A DNA stretch of 63,218 nt, filler included, from Nemertoderma westbladi (taxonomy: Eukaryota > Animalia > Xenacoelomorpha): assembly GCA_032718475.1 (NCBI GenBank). It is 3 parts of 3 records of this genome, joined end to end, with 100 filler letters (N's around TTAATTAATTAA, not from the genome) between each part and the next. Parts side by side here need not be neighbours in the genome. Positions count along the whole stretch, not along the records: positions 29,642 to 52,561 come from JAUCBJ010005816.1; 2 more parts are not named here. The stretch is one strand, 5' to 3'. Below the pieces are notes generated by a model. It was not told the origin of the DNA. It did no database searches and saw only the letters and a list, made by a program, of their open reading frames with translations. A program made the position numbers and the translations under genes. Below are positions 40,075 to 52,661 of this stretch, piece after piece. How positions within the stretch are numbered: position 1 is the stretch's first letter; the number at the start of each line of letters is the position of its first letter.

Positions 40075-41222
40075 GACTGCACTGAGGGCGTCACGTAAGG
40101 AATTGAGGGGGAGTATGTATGCATACCGTAGTCGAGGGGTGCAGTAGTAGAGGTGGGCACAAAGGGTGCCACCTGGGGAGTAGTAGGGGTGGGCACAAAG
40201 GGTGCCATGTAGAGAGTAGTAGAGGTGGGCACAAAGGGTGCCACCTACCCCCAGCCAAAGGGTGCTGGGGGTAGTAGAGATGGGCACAAAGTGTGCTATG
40301 TAGGGAGTAGTAGAAGTTGTGGGCACAAAGGGTGCCACCTACCCCCAGCCAAAGGGTGCTGGGGGTAGTAGAGATGGGCAGAAAGGGTGCCATGTAGGGA
40401 GTAGTAGATTTGGGCACAAAGGATGCCATGTTAGGAAGTGAGGGGGGGGGGGTATGTACGCATACCGTAGCCGAAGAATATGGAGAGTGAGAAACCTGTG
40501 GGCACTGAGGGCATCACGTGAGGAAGTCAGGGGGGTATGTACGCATACCGCAAGTAGATATAGAGGAAGAAGATGTAGAGGAAGTATATGTAGAGGAAGT
40601 AGAGGTAGAGGAAGTAGATGTAGGAGAGCAGAAAATACATCAAAACGTGACATAAGAGGTAGGCCATCACTGACCGGAACAAATATTACTCTGTTTGACG
40701 ACCCTCTTACCTGGATTGAGCCTTTGTAAGGCCCCACCAATTAGGTGAGAGTGTACGGAGTCGCGATGGCGGAGAAACCATGAAACGAATCTAGCAGTAG
40801 GGTACATAGTACCAGAGAAGTTGTGGGCACCGAGGGCGCCACGTAAGAGAGTAAAGGGTATGGTATGTAGGTATACTATAGAAGTTGTTGTAGGGTACAT
40901 TGTACCGTAGAAGTTAGAAGTTGTGGGCACTGAGAGCGCCACTTAGTAAGAAAGTAAAGGGTATGTAGGCATACCATAGTAGCAGTAGTAGGGTACATAG
41001 TACTGTAGAAGTTGTGGGCACTGAGAGCACCACGTAGTAAGAAAGTAAAGGGTATGTATGTAGGCATACCATAGTAGCAATAGTAAGGTACATAGTACCG
41101 TAGAAGTTGTGGGCACTGAGGGCGCCACGTAGTGAGTGTAAGTGAAGGGTATGTATGGATACCATAGTAGTAGCAGGGTACATAGTACCGTAGAAGTTGT
41201 GGGCACTGAGGGCGCCACATAG
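40075..41222 (+). repeat. Purine-rich arrays of GTGGGCAC-N5-GYGCCAY motifs
   Basis: More than 12 copies with variable spacers; one matching copy at 32770-32789. Confidence 0.85.
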
Positions 41223-41246
41223 GAAGGTAGATAGGATAATAACACA

Positions 41247-42910
41247 GGACATTGTGGAGCAGTGTCGATGGCCCAGCTCATGGGGCTCGCCTGCCACAAG
41301 CCGATGGACTGGGGCAAGTTCCAGGAGGAGCAAGGAGCGGGCACGGGACATTGTGGAACAGTGGTGATGGGCCAGCTCAAGGGGCTCGTCTGCCACACGC
41401 CGATGGACTGGGGCAAGTTCCGGGAGGAGCAAGGAGTGGGCATGGGACATTGTGGAGCAGTGGCGATGGGCCAGCTCATGGGGCTCATCTGCCACAAGCC
41501 GATGGACTGGGGCAAGTTCCGAGAGGAGTACGGAGCGGAACCGGAGCGATAAAGATATATCAGAAGAGATATATCTTACAGGAGGATTGGATAATGATAG
41601 GTTTATTAAACCTATTCATGGCTGTGGTTATTGGAAGAGAGCCAATGGCGTCTCTGCTATCAGGAGCACCTCTAAATCACAGGAGAGCCTTTAAGGTGGC
41701 CTTCAAAGGTCTTGTATACTACCCAGGGCTGAAGGGCGAGTCGGTGTACTATGATAGCCGACACCTAGTGGACAGAGAGGTGGCACACCGTACAAGAGGT
41801 GGAAGAAGTTTGAAGCGGACAAAGTCGAGGAGAGGAGACTGGAGGAGGTCGCGAGGAGAGAAAGGAGGTAGGCAGACGAGAGAGAAGGGGGAGAGGAATA
41901 CGAGTTCGAAGCCCAGAACGTGGACGAGCTGAGGTGGGGATCGGAGACCTTAGGCGAGTTTCTGGAGGATGAACTGGGATGGATGGAGGGATCACCGAAA
42001 CAGTCGACATCGGGACTGCAAGTAATGCCCATAACAGGGGGCTCCGAGGGCGACTTTGCAAGGAAGAGACCGAGGGAGCAGGAAGGGTGGAAAGTTACGG
42101 GTGGAAACCAAGGTGGAAAGGGACATAGTGGATCTACCGGGTTACCAGGTTCGGATCCACTCCTAGCAAGGGAGGGGATGACGACGAGTTCGGGGAGATG
42201 CCACCCATTGATAGGATCGGCCACTCAGACAAGGACTGGGTGGGCGGGAGTGTGGTGATGGCCAGTGGGGCGAGAGCCTTCTGGGACAAACCCGGCAAGC
42301 GGGCCTGGGAGCACGAGAAGCCTGCGATGGATTTCGCGGCAAGTACGATCAGGTTGGGCGAGCAACCGGGAATGGCACCACGGGTAGTGTTTGGGGAGAC
42401 GATGCCGAGGGTGGAGGAAGATGTCGATATGGGTAGGGACCACAGCGTCCAGATGTTTGCCTATCAGCGGCTCCATAGACCCAGGAGACCGCATGGGGCA
42501 AAGGACGACTTGGGGCGGGATGCGTTGATACATGGCTGTGACTAGTGTGGGAGACTAACCCACCAGGAAAAGAGCTGTTTGTATCGATTCCAGAGGGGGA
42601 TGACCTGTCTCTACTGCCGCGAGTCGACCCATAGGATGGGTGCATGTCCGAGGCTGCACAACCAATGCTCAAAGTGCAACTATCGAGGGCACTATGGGCG
42701 TCAGTGCGACTGGATGGACGACGAAGAGAAGTTCAAGATCATTGAGGAGTGGGCCGACATCGGTGTCATGACACGGCAGAGGATGAAGGCCCAGGAGTTC
42801 CGGTGGGGCTTCTTTAATAGCAATCCGGGAGCCCATCAGGAGATTATCAAGAGGAGACTGCCATTCACATATCAGGAGGTAGCGTCAGCGGCATCGTATG
42901 GAGGAGTCAT
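41247..42910 (+). pseudogene. Accessory ORF (second copy) with a triplicated 33-aa unit and three CCHC zinc knuckles
   Basis: 99-bp units at 41247, 41346 and 41445; knuckles CD*CGRLTHQEKSC (42537-42578), CLYCRESTHRMGAC and CSKCNYRGHYGRQC (42606-42707), all in one frame. Confidence 0.75.
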
Positions 42911-43334
42911 CAATTATTTAGTTATTATCAGTTATCAATTATTATTAAATATTATCAAATATTATCAATTATCAGTTATTATCATTTGGAACATTAACAT
43001 CGAGAAACACAAACTCTGTTATTTTTCCCCAACGCCCTTCGGCCAAAAGAACACTAGCCCAGCAGACCAGCAGTCAAGTGACGCGTATAAATCTTACCCG
43101 GTCGGGATCTCAGATCCCATCACAGACGGATCCCATTTCTCAAGTGCGACGACAGAAATGAGAATGTGGGAACCCGACAGGACAGGAGTATGGAGAGTGA
43201 AAGTAAAAGGGGGTTGAGTATCAGAGGAGCATGGGGGGGAGGTGCGAGAGTTTGGGAGGGGGGGGGGGGGGGGAAGAGAAGAGTGCGAGGTGCGAGATCC
43301 AATTGTGGGGGGGGGGGGGGGCAGAGTGGAGGAT

Positions 43335-43800
43335 GACCTTCCGGAAAACCTTTGATCTCGTCGACAGAAGGATACTGCTCTATGTACAAACTATATTCTC
43401 TATTCGGAATCAAGGGGAAGCTATTTAATGTTTTAAAATGTTTTAAATAATGTATAAAATGTTTTCTGAATAGTAAAGATGATTTGTTTAATACAAAAAA
43501 ACTATATGCATGGGCCAGGTTTCACAAGAACACCTGGATCATTCGCACTGCCGGACGAAGAAAGCGACATTTAATTTCAAGATTAACCGTTCATGGCTTC
43601 CATTGGAAACTATGTAACATTAAAACACAAATCCACGAATTATCCGATGATGACTGCACCTGCAAATACTGCGGGGGTTCACCTACTTACATTTATCATG
43701 TATTTAACAGCGACTCATGCCCGCCCCTACGACAACCAGGGCCGTACAACCGAATATTTATAAAAAATCCCCATGATACACAACCAGGACACTGAGCGAG
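43335..43800 (+). pseudogene. Fragmentary non-LTR RT / C-terminal zinc finger relic
   Basis: FRKTFDLVDRRIL and CKYCGG..TYIYHVF...C motifs. Confidence 0.45.
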
Positions 43801-44250
43801 TGATGACCCTGAACCCACCCTAGAACCACCCTATATTATAAATGCAGATTCCATTTCCATACAAATTGTACAACACCGGCTGCTAAGGCAATCAACCAAT
43901 GCTGCATTATAGAACAAAACTAACAATAGAAAGGGGTAGAGCTATAGTTACTAAAACTAAAACACAAACAAAGCGCAAATATCCTAGCTGTTCCACATCA
44001 GTGTCAGTAGTTCTAGTAAGATAATAATAGTGATAACAGTTTCATTAAATTTTTTGAATAAACACAATTTATTTAATATGTTATAGAGCAAATGTATAAA
44101 CAAAAACTCAACTAGTATTATGAAAATTGAAGGTCTAAACAATATAAAACAAAATAATACATTATCAAAGACAAATTAAATTTTAGCATCACAACAACTA
44201 CTGTATATCCAAGAAATTTAACAAAACCGCAAATCAGTCAAAGTGAAAAG

Positions 44251-46077
44251 CAGGCCCGTATCGTGCGGGGGGGCTTTGGGGGCACTGACCTCCCCCCCCC
44301 CCCCCCCCCAGAGAAGTCTCACTGCCCCCCATACATGTTTTGTTCACTCGTCTTGTTCACAATTAATTAATAATAATATTGTTGGTAATCATTATTCACA
44401 TACTCCTGCCCACTGACCTGACCTGACTCCCCACCGTTCCATTTGGTCCAATTCTATAATACTACATCACATTAATATACCTACCTACCTGTAATTACTA
44501 AAAATACTTGAAAGCTCTAGGTTCTCTCATTGGCTACCAGGGTGGAGGGGTTGTTTGTTGTTGACCCATTGTCTATTTGCTTGTAGTTTGGGAGCCAGCT
44601 TGCAGCTAAAAGGCTTGGCGCTGAGGGTTGCTTGCGCTGGTATCCATAGCTAAAAATTGTTGTAACTTAGCCTTAACCATATTATACCTGAAGTCGGTCC
44701 TTCGCGCAGCACGTGATATAAACTTATGTATGTAAGTGTAATCTTGAAAGAAAAATAAGCAAAATCTAAGCAGATACCCTTGATCACTTTACACCAGCCT
44801 AGAGGCAGGCTTGAAAACTGCAGTCGATTTAACAGTTTAACCCTTGTGCTCGCTTTGGGGTCAATCGAAGATTTAAACTTACACAATTTTATCACACATT
44901 GATATTTTATCTCGAAATTTTGTGACATTTATTATTTTATAGTACTTCTCAATTAGAAAAACAAAAATGTAAAAATTTTCAAGGGGGTCTATTCAATTTC
45001 ACAATTTTTTGGGGCCTACACATATTGACTTTGAGGTCAAATTTTACCTTATCGTGTTTTGTACCTGTACCATTCAATATCATCGAAAAACTTTTTTTGA
45101 ATTTAAACTCAGTTCGCACATCATACAGTATGTCATCAAATGGGCCCAAACTTAGCCCGCCCTTTGCCTTGGCCCTTGGCACAAGAGAGTCATATTCCCC
45201 ATTTTTGTGATGATCAACTTCTAGTATTTCTACTGCATTGATATTATGCTCATTTAGAACTGCAATGACCGATTTAGTTGTTGTAGACACCTTCAAAACT
45301 AGCATAAAGCGAATATTTTTTGAGATATATTTGTCAGGTATTTTTCAATATCGCATCAAGGCGCTAATTTTGACTTGTGCCAAATCATCTCCAAATCAAA
45401 ATTTTGGTATCAATCGAAGTCTGTGCTCATTTGATGACATCGGATATGCAAGCTGAGTTTAAATTCGACAAAAAGCTTTTTTGGACCATCCCAACCCTCT
45501 CATTTAACTGAGGTCAAAATTGACCTCAAAATTGACCGAACAAAAAAAAAATTGACCTCTGTTTGAGAAACGAAGGGGTACACAAGGGTTAAGACCACAG
45601 AAAAAGTTTAAATGACACAGCTAATGGTCGAGTACAATTCTGCCAAGTTTCAGCTTAAACGGATTAAAAACAAAGAAATGGGAGGACATTTAATGTTTAG
45701 ACATGTAGCCATCAAGCGGGAGACTGTTGAACTGTTGGGATCAAAAGTTGCTAACTTAACTAAAGCTGGACATATTTATGCCTACAAATTTTCAATTCGA
45801 CAGCTTTAAATCTGACAAAGTTATTGAATGTCAAAATAGTTACGTCAACAACAATTATTGACATTCTCCTTAACAGTGTCAATTCGCCAAGGCTCCGCCA
45901 ACTTCGTGTCTCGCCCCACACACCTTTCAACAATATTGATTATACTTTCTTTGGGTATGTACTAAATTAACTCTCACTTTGTTGTATGCTCCCCAAATCC
46001 CAGTTATGGGTTTGCCCCCCAGATTTGGCCTCAGCCCCCCCCCCCCCCCCAGAAATTATGATCACCATACGGGCCTG
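44251..46077. mobile_element. Non-autonomous hAT element with a nested Helentron-like repeat
   Basis: TIR CAGGCCCGTAT; perfect 8-bp TSD GTGAAAAG at 44243-44250 and 46078-46085; nested repeat ends TTCGTGTCTCGCCCCAC, as near 12455 and 2000. Confidence 0.88.
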
Positions 46078-47329
46078 GTGAAAAGGGGGGAAGTTCCCCC
46101 CTTCAATCCCCCCCCCCCCCCCCCCCCCTTTCAATCAGCACCCCGTCCCAAAAGCAAATTCGCACCCTGGCACCCAGACCCAGTCAAGCAGAATAACCTG
46201 TGGAGATACTGTAGATATTATGACAAACATACCCGGTTCTTGTAAATTTGCGTGATTTGAGTTTTATGCTCGCACCACTATTGAGTTTTATAATAGTGGT
46301 GTAGCCGAGGGGCAATTATTAACAATATTGCCCCAGCCCTCCTATTAATAATAGTCCTTCTATTAATAATTCTTCTTTTAATATAATAATTAAAAAAAAA
46401 TTAGCATTTGTCATTGAAACCTTGATTAAAATATAATAATTTAATATTGAAAGATATAAAACCCACAAAACCCAGCTGGGTGATCAACTGGGTGCTATCA
46501 ACTGTGAGCTATCAACTGGGTGATTGACAGCTTAAACAGGATGCCACTTCGTGAGAAAGCGGCACACATCAATAGAATTACAGGAAAACAATTAATATGT
46601 GCCTGGATTGAAAATTATACAAGATATTCATTAATAAAAAGTACCTTCCCGCGTTAAATTTTAATGCGGTTTTAATGAACTATTATTTATTCAGTTCTTG
46701 TTGGGAGAACCATGTGAACGACCACCTAAATTTGTATAAAATTTTGGATAATAATTTAACAATTTAACAATCGCATTTTTTGAAATTTTTCTGCTCTACA
46801 TATGTAGCTATGTGTGTGGTAGGATACTAGTTTAACCCGAGTTACCGAGATATTGTTCATTTTGCAAAAGCTCCCCCCCCCCCCCCTCCTCCCCTATTGT
46901 AATAAACGTTCTAGAATTCACAATGTCGACTCAAAGCATTTATAAATCCTGTGGTAGCTACTCTTTTAAAAATAGTAGCTGGTGTTTGTTATGGTAGGTA
47001 TATTATTTAAAAACACAATCATTTACGAATAAAGTAATACACATTTATTACTCTTTCATACTGCTTTTATTAACATTTTTCAAAAATATTTGTTCGCGGG
47101 TATTCAGATATTTATAGTATGTGTACGTACCCATAAACGAGTTTTTGAGGTTGTAGCAGAGGTTGTGTTTGATGGAGGATGTAGCAGCATCAGTGTGCAA
47201 ATAATTAATTAAATGTGTCTGCAAGACAGCTAGAGGTTGCACTCGTTGCAGATGCGTCAGAGCCAAGCTCCCTTGCTTCATTGTGTAATTGTAGTTCCAA
47301 CACGATTAAGTGAATCGTGAATATTTTCT

Positions 47330-48673
47330 ATGCCAATGCAATACTGTATAACTGTCCAACAATAATTGGTATGGGTGGTTATATGTTCAGGTCTATTAAA
47401 GCTCTATACACAGGAACAATGCCTTCCGTTATGATCAACTCAATTTGTTCTGAGTGGCTTTTAACACTTGCAGGGGAGGTAGGAGACAACCTCTCACCAA
47501 CTCTATTCAACATTTTCGTTAACACTGTTGGATGATATCAAAAAGGGAGGTATTGGTATGATTGATGATATTGCCCTAGTGGCAGACTCAGAGGAGAATT
47601 TGCAGAAGCTCTTGGATATCTTGGCTGAATAGACATCCCAGTGGAAAATGTCGTTAAACCCCAAAAAAATGCATCGTTCTGCATTTCAGAAAACCTGGAG
47701 TACTGCAAACTGGTTCAATTTTCAAAGTAAATAGTGCAGTGATACCGATAGCGGCCGATAGCTATAAATACCTAGGGTTACATTTCGATGTACATTTTAA
47801 GTTTAATGTTGCTTTTAACATTTTAGCCAACTCCGCTAAGCAAGCGTTTGGTGGAATAATTAGTAAATCTAAATGTATGTGGTTTTCATTTTGATACGTA
47901 CACTAAACTGTACCTTTCCTGTGTCGCTCCGATATTAGATCACCGTGCCAGTGTTTGGGGTTACTTAAATTCTCGAGAAGCCGTGAAGGTGCAGAATGCC
48001 GCACTGAGATATTTTTAGGAGTGCATAGATTTACACCAAATCTTGCCGAAGAAGGCGAAGGCGGTTGGAACTCTTGCAAACAGCGTTATTATGTATCAAT
48101 CAATGTGCAGATTTTGGAAAAGATTGGTTTCTATGAATGATCGCAGAATTGCTAAAAGGGTTTTTAAATTTGAATATAACCACTCTGATGGTGCAGTGAA
48201 TTACAGGAAATTTTTCCAGTAGTAGGTTTCAGTAAAGATATTTATAATGTTAAATCTACAATCTACATGTAATATGTAACATTTAATAAACATTGTATTG
48301 AGTATTTCAATAATGTTTGGAAAAGAGAAGTTAGAGAAAAACCGAAACTTATAATATAATTAAGCATTTTAAAACTGAATTTAAAGAGGAGACCTATGTT
48401 ATTACTAATTTATTAAATAGGAAGCAACGTAGCATTGACGATGAAATTTGAAATGTTAAAAAGATGAAATTCACATATGATTACTAAGATGTTCGATTTA
48501 AAACGGAAAATATGATTTACCGAGAAACTATATGTCAATTATTTATGTCATCACTTAACAATTATTTGTACTTAAAACAATTTATATTTGTGCTATTATA
48601 TGTTTGTCTTGTAAGCCTTTGCTGGCTGGGGGCTAGTTGGCCCATGACATTAAATATCTCAATCAATCAATCA
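47330..48673 (+). mobile_element. Decayed RTE-X-like LINE RT relic
   Basis: GDNLSPTLFNIFVN, DDIALVADSEENLQKLL, YKYLG and EKPKL motifs; (TCAA)n tail. Confidence 0.7.
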
Positions 48674-49737
48674 TAACAAGTATTAACTTATTAATTAAAG
48701 AGCAAATTTTATGCGAAAGTGTAATACATGCATCAGGAAGCATTTACTTGTATTAAATATATAATATTGCAACCATTAAAATACAGTTTTTGCTTTTCCA
48801 TTCAAATGCAAAACTTCCATTGCCATGTACGATTATCATGTTGCTAGGCTCGACATTTTGAATATCACAATCACTTTATATATGGCTCAAGTATCTACAA
48901 ACTAAATTTCAGCTTATTTCATACAGTAGTTTCAGTGTTGCTATACAGAATGACCGTTTCTATGGGAAATTGGTCTCAAAAGGTCACTTCCACAAACCAG
49001 AATTTTTGGAGATGGTCCATTTCGTGAAACACTCGCCAGGTACTACCCATCTGAAAAATTTGGCACTTTTGTAATCGATGTAACGGTTTTGTCACTAACG
49101 GAACTTATATAACATATCTATTATTTAGACTGTGCTGTGCAATACAGCCATTATAGATTTATTTGTTATGCAGGTTAGATATAGTGGTTCACAATTTAGT
49201 CATTATTCATACTTTGGTTCTTTCTTATTTTGGTTGCATGTACTTCGGTGGTTTGTTTTAGACTTTACTGGTATCAGATTTTGGGTTTCATCAATATTTA
49301 CTTTCTGTCTGATTTGTTTTTTCTGTATTTCAGTATTTGGTTACATTTCCTATTTCTTGATCAATTGGTACAGTGCTGTATTAAGATAGGGTTAGGGACT
49401 CACAGTACACTGCTGATGATGGAGCTGTGTTTCTCTGGGTACAGTGTTTAAATCCTGAAACCCTTTATTTTTATCAAATTTAGTATGTATACTTACCCCT
49501 TTTGGCGGACAAAAAGTCCTGTATTTTCAAATGTATAGGATTAGGATAGTTATTCGTGCAGTTATTAAAGTGTATTTGTAGGTAGGTTTCATTTTTGATA
49601 GGAGACTGGTTTCACATTTGTTTCTATATATATATATATATATGCATTGGCCGATAAGGGCCAGTGCGAATATATAACTTTTGAGCATACCCAACAAACT
49701 TGCTTAGATGTAAATGAAATACTAATATGATCCGCTA

Positions 49738-51701
49738 TCAGGTATCAGGAATCAGCTAAGAGGCATATCCCCCAGAAACCTAAACGAAAACAGTATGTGC
49801 CATGGCAAAACTCTGAGGTTACTTGTAAGAGAGAAGATCTTAAGATAGCCTACAAAGTTAAAACCGAACAACCAACAACCGAAAACATTAACAAGGTTGA
49901 GAAAGCTAAGGACGATCTTAAATTGGCCTACAACATCAGCCAGGAAAAGTACATACAGGATAAAACTGAAGCAATTACAACTGCTCACATACAGCAACAA
50001 TCAAGACTTACCTGGCAAACTGTAAATGAGGTATCTGGTCGGAAAAGTTGTGCAAAGGGGCGCCTCAAAGCCGATAGTCCTGAAGAACGTGTTGGGAAGT
50101 GGAAAAATTACTTCAGCAACTTGCTTGGGCAGCCACCAAACATCGAGGTCAGCCCTACAATGAAAATATATGACAAGACACTACCTATAGAAACAGGGGA
50201 CTTCACACCTGCCGAACTCCAAAGAAGCATTAAAAGCATGTCCAATAATAAAGCGAGTGGATTAGATGAAATCCCAGCGGAGGTATGGAAAACCGGAGTG
50301 CTAAATAGACCATTATTGAATGTTTGCAACCAGATGTTAAAAGGGGAAAAGCCACCACCAATTTGGACTAAAGGTCAACTAAAGCCTCTCCCCAAGAAAG
50401 GAGACCTCGGCATACCAACAAACTATCGTGGGATCTGTCTGCTTGTGGTAGCTGCCAAAATATACAATAAAATGATTCTGTATAGGATTAGGCCTCACAT
50501 AGAGAAACTACTGCGTAAGAGCCAAAACGGATTTCGACCAAGTAGATCCTCAATAGCTCAGATACTTGCACTACGGAGACTGATTGAAGGAATCAAGTCA
50601 AAGAATCTCCCCGCAGTCATGACTTTTGTGGACTTCAAGAAGGCATTCGACTCCATCCATAGAGGTAAAATGCTTGAAATCCTAAGAGCTTATGGAATAC
50701 CAGAAGAAATTGTTGCTGGCATTGGATTGCTATATTGTGACACAGAAGCGCAGGTACTCTCACCAGATGATGAAACTGAGTTTTTCTCAATCCTGGCTGG
50801 CGTACTGCAAGGTGACACATTAGCACCATTACTATTTGTAATTGTGCTGGATTACGCAATGAGGACGGCCACAAAGGGTGAAGATCTGGGATTCACACTT
50901 CAAGAACGCAGAAGTAGTAGATATCCGGCAACTACAGTCACAGACACCGACTTTGCGGATGACATCGCCCTGCTCTCTAATACGCTAGCAGATGCACAGC
51001 TTCTACTAAATAAAGTGGAGAGGGCTGCTAAGGAGGTTGGATTGCATATAAATGCTACAAAGACCGAATTCATGACCTTTAATGTTGATGGAAACTTGAC
51101 AACCATTGATAATAATCAACTAAGGAAGGTCGATGACTTCCAGTACCTTGGATCATGGATAGAGAGTAGCAAAAAGGACATAGAAGTTAGGAAAGCAAAG
51201 GCTTGGGTATCTCTATCAAAAATGGATACCATCTGGAAATCAGATCTCTCCAGGCAACTGAAGACCAAGTTCTTTCGAGCCACAGTAGAAAGTGTATTTT
51301 TATACGGGGGTGAGACCTGGACACTGACTAAATCACTTGAACAACGAATTGATGGTTGCTACACAAGACTACTAAGGGCAGCCCTAAACATCAGCTGGAG
51401 ACAACACATGACAAATACCAAGCTTTATGGTACAATACCACCTGTATCAACCACCTTCCGTGAACGCAGATTAAGATTCAGTGGGCACTGCTGGCGAAGT
51501 AAAGACGAGGTCATACCAGATCTACTTCTCTGGCAACCAACTCATGGAAAGCGTAGTCGTGGACGACCTGCCATAACATATATAGATCAACTTGAAAGGG
51601 ATACTGAACTTGGGAGAAACGAAATTGCGACAACTATGGAGAATCGGGAAGCCTGGAAGGATCTCATTTCCACTGTCCGAGTTCGCTCGACCTAGTAGTA
51701 G
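49738..51701 (+). mobile_element. RTE-clade LINE, family A, 5'-truncated with an uninterrupted 632-codon RT frame (49797-51695)
   Basis: All RT motifs present, no APE endonuclease; (TAG)n tail; 15-bp TSD TAATATGATCCRCTA at 49723-49737 and 51702-51716. Confidence 0.96.
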
Positions 51702-52043
51702 TAATATGATCCACTAGGGGGCTCTAATTAACAAGTAGTGAGGTATGGCCCTTCCAGAACTTTTTTCCTTCTAAAATATATTTTGAAATAGCAATAAATA
51801 CCACAATGTTCCACGCAGTGGTGGAAGAAAATAATTGACACAATGGCCCTAATTATAGAGTTTTCTTTAAAAAAAACTAATATAGGTAGAATATAGACGC
51901 CGAAACAAGGAAAAGTAGCGAGAAACAGAAGTGCAATAATGAAGAATCTGATAATTACATATGTTTCTACTCAACGAATTTCCCTGAAATAAATTGAACA
52001 GCAATAATTATTGATTCATGAATAATTATTGTAACTTTTCTTG

Positions 52044-52269
52044 GGCACAGCTTAGCAAAGTCGAGAATGAGGCCCAGATGGGATCGAAGTGGTAACCGCC
52101 AGTTTGGCCATCTTACCATTCCGCTAGCGGCTCAGGCAAAAAAAAGGTAGACCTTGAAATACTACCTAATATACCTAGCTCCCATCTGTCAAACCATATC
52201 GGCAGCCACTATATTCGATTCTTTGTTATTATGTGCTTCGCCGTCTCTTGTACTTCACTAAGCTGTGCC
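52044..52269. mobile_element. Small TIR element containing a tRNA-like segment
   Basis: TIR GGCACAGCTTAG; minus-strand TAGCGGAATGG and TTCGATCCC boxes. Confidence 0.45.
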
Positions 52270-52561
52270 AAACGGAAGGTGTTTAATAATTTGCACAAAT
52301 ACAACATGAATACACATAAATAATTATGGAAACTTGATTCATTTAGCGGCCACTACAGTTTAACAAAACATAGTTTGAAACATAAAAAACAAGGAAATAT
52401 AGTTTAGGATTACAATGTTGCATGCTATTTAAGGTATGTATGGTATGGTATATAACTATGCTTGGCATGGTATCGTCCGACCCTTAGTCTTAGGGCATGC
52501 TACAGTTTATGTTTGGTTTGCTGATATAAGATGTATGCTATGCATTCTATGATAACTAACT

Positions 52562-52661
52562 NNNNNNNNNNNNNNNNNNNNNNNNNNNNNNNNNNNNNNN
52601 NNNNNTTAATTAATTAANNNNNNNNNNNNNNNNNNNNNNNNNNNNNNNNNNNNNNNNNNNN
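52562..52661. other. Assembly gap with artificial linker
   Basis: 44 N + TTAATTAATTAA + 44 N. Confidence 0.97.

Larger units (their letters stand above)
38150..43124 (+). mobile_element. Internally deleted (pol-less) BEL/Pao-type LTR element
   Basis: 148-bp direct repeats 38150-38297 and 42977-43124 (7 mismatches), both ending TCACA; gag-like start; 3' module homologous to that of the BEL copy at 29642-34050. Confidence 0.8.

Noticed and set aside
39064-41515. Many overlapping minus-strand ORFs
   Set aside because: By-products of purine-rich tandem repeats; the conserved frame is on the plus strand
44979-45305. 108-aa ORF that looks protein-like
   Set aside because: Overlaps an imperfect inverted repeat (about 45088-45148 versus 45422-45480) within a non-coding TE interior
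52070-52137. Possible tRNA gene (also 20598-20670)
   Set aside because: Only A/B-box remnants without a full cloverleaf; treated as SINE/TE-derived
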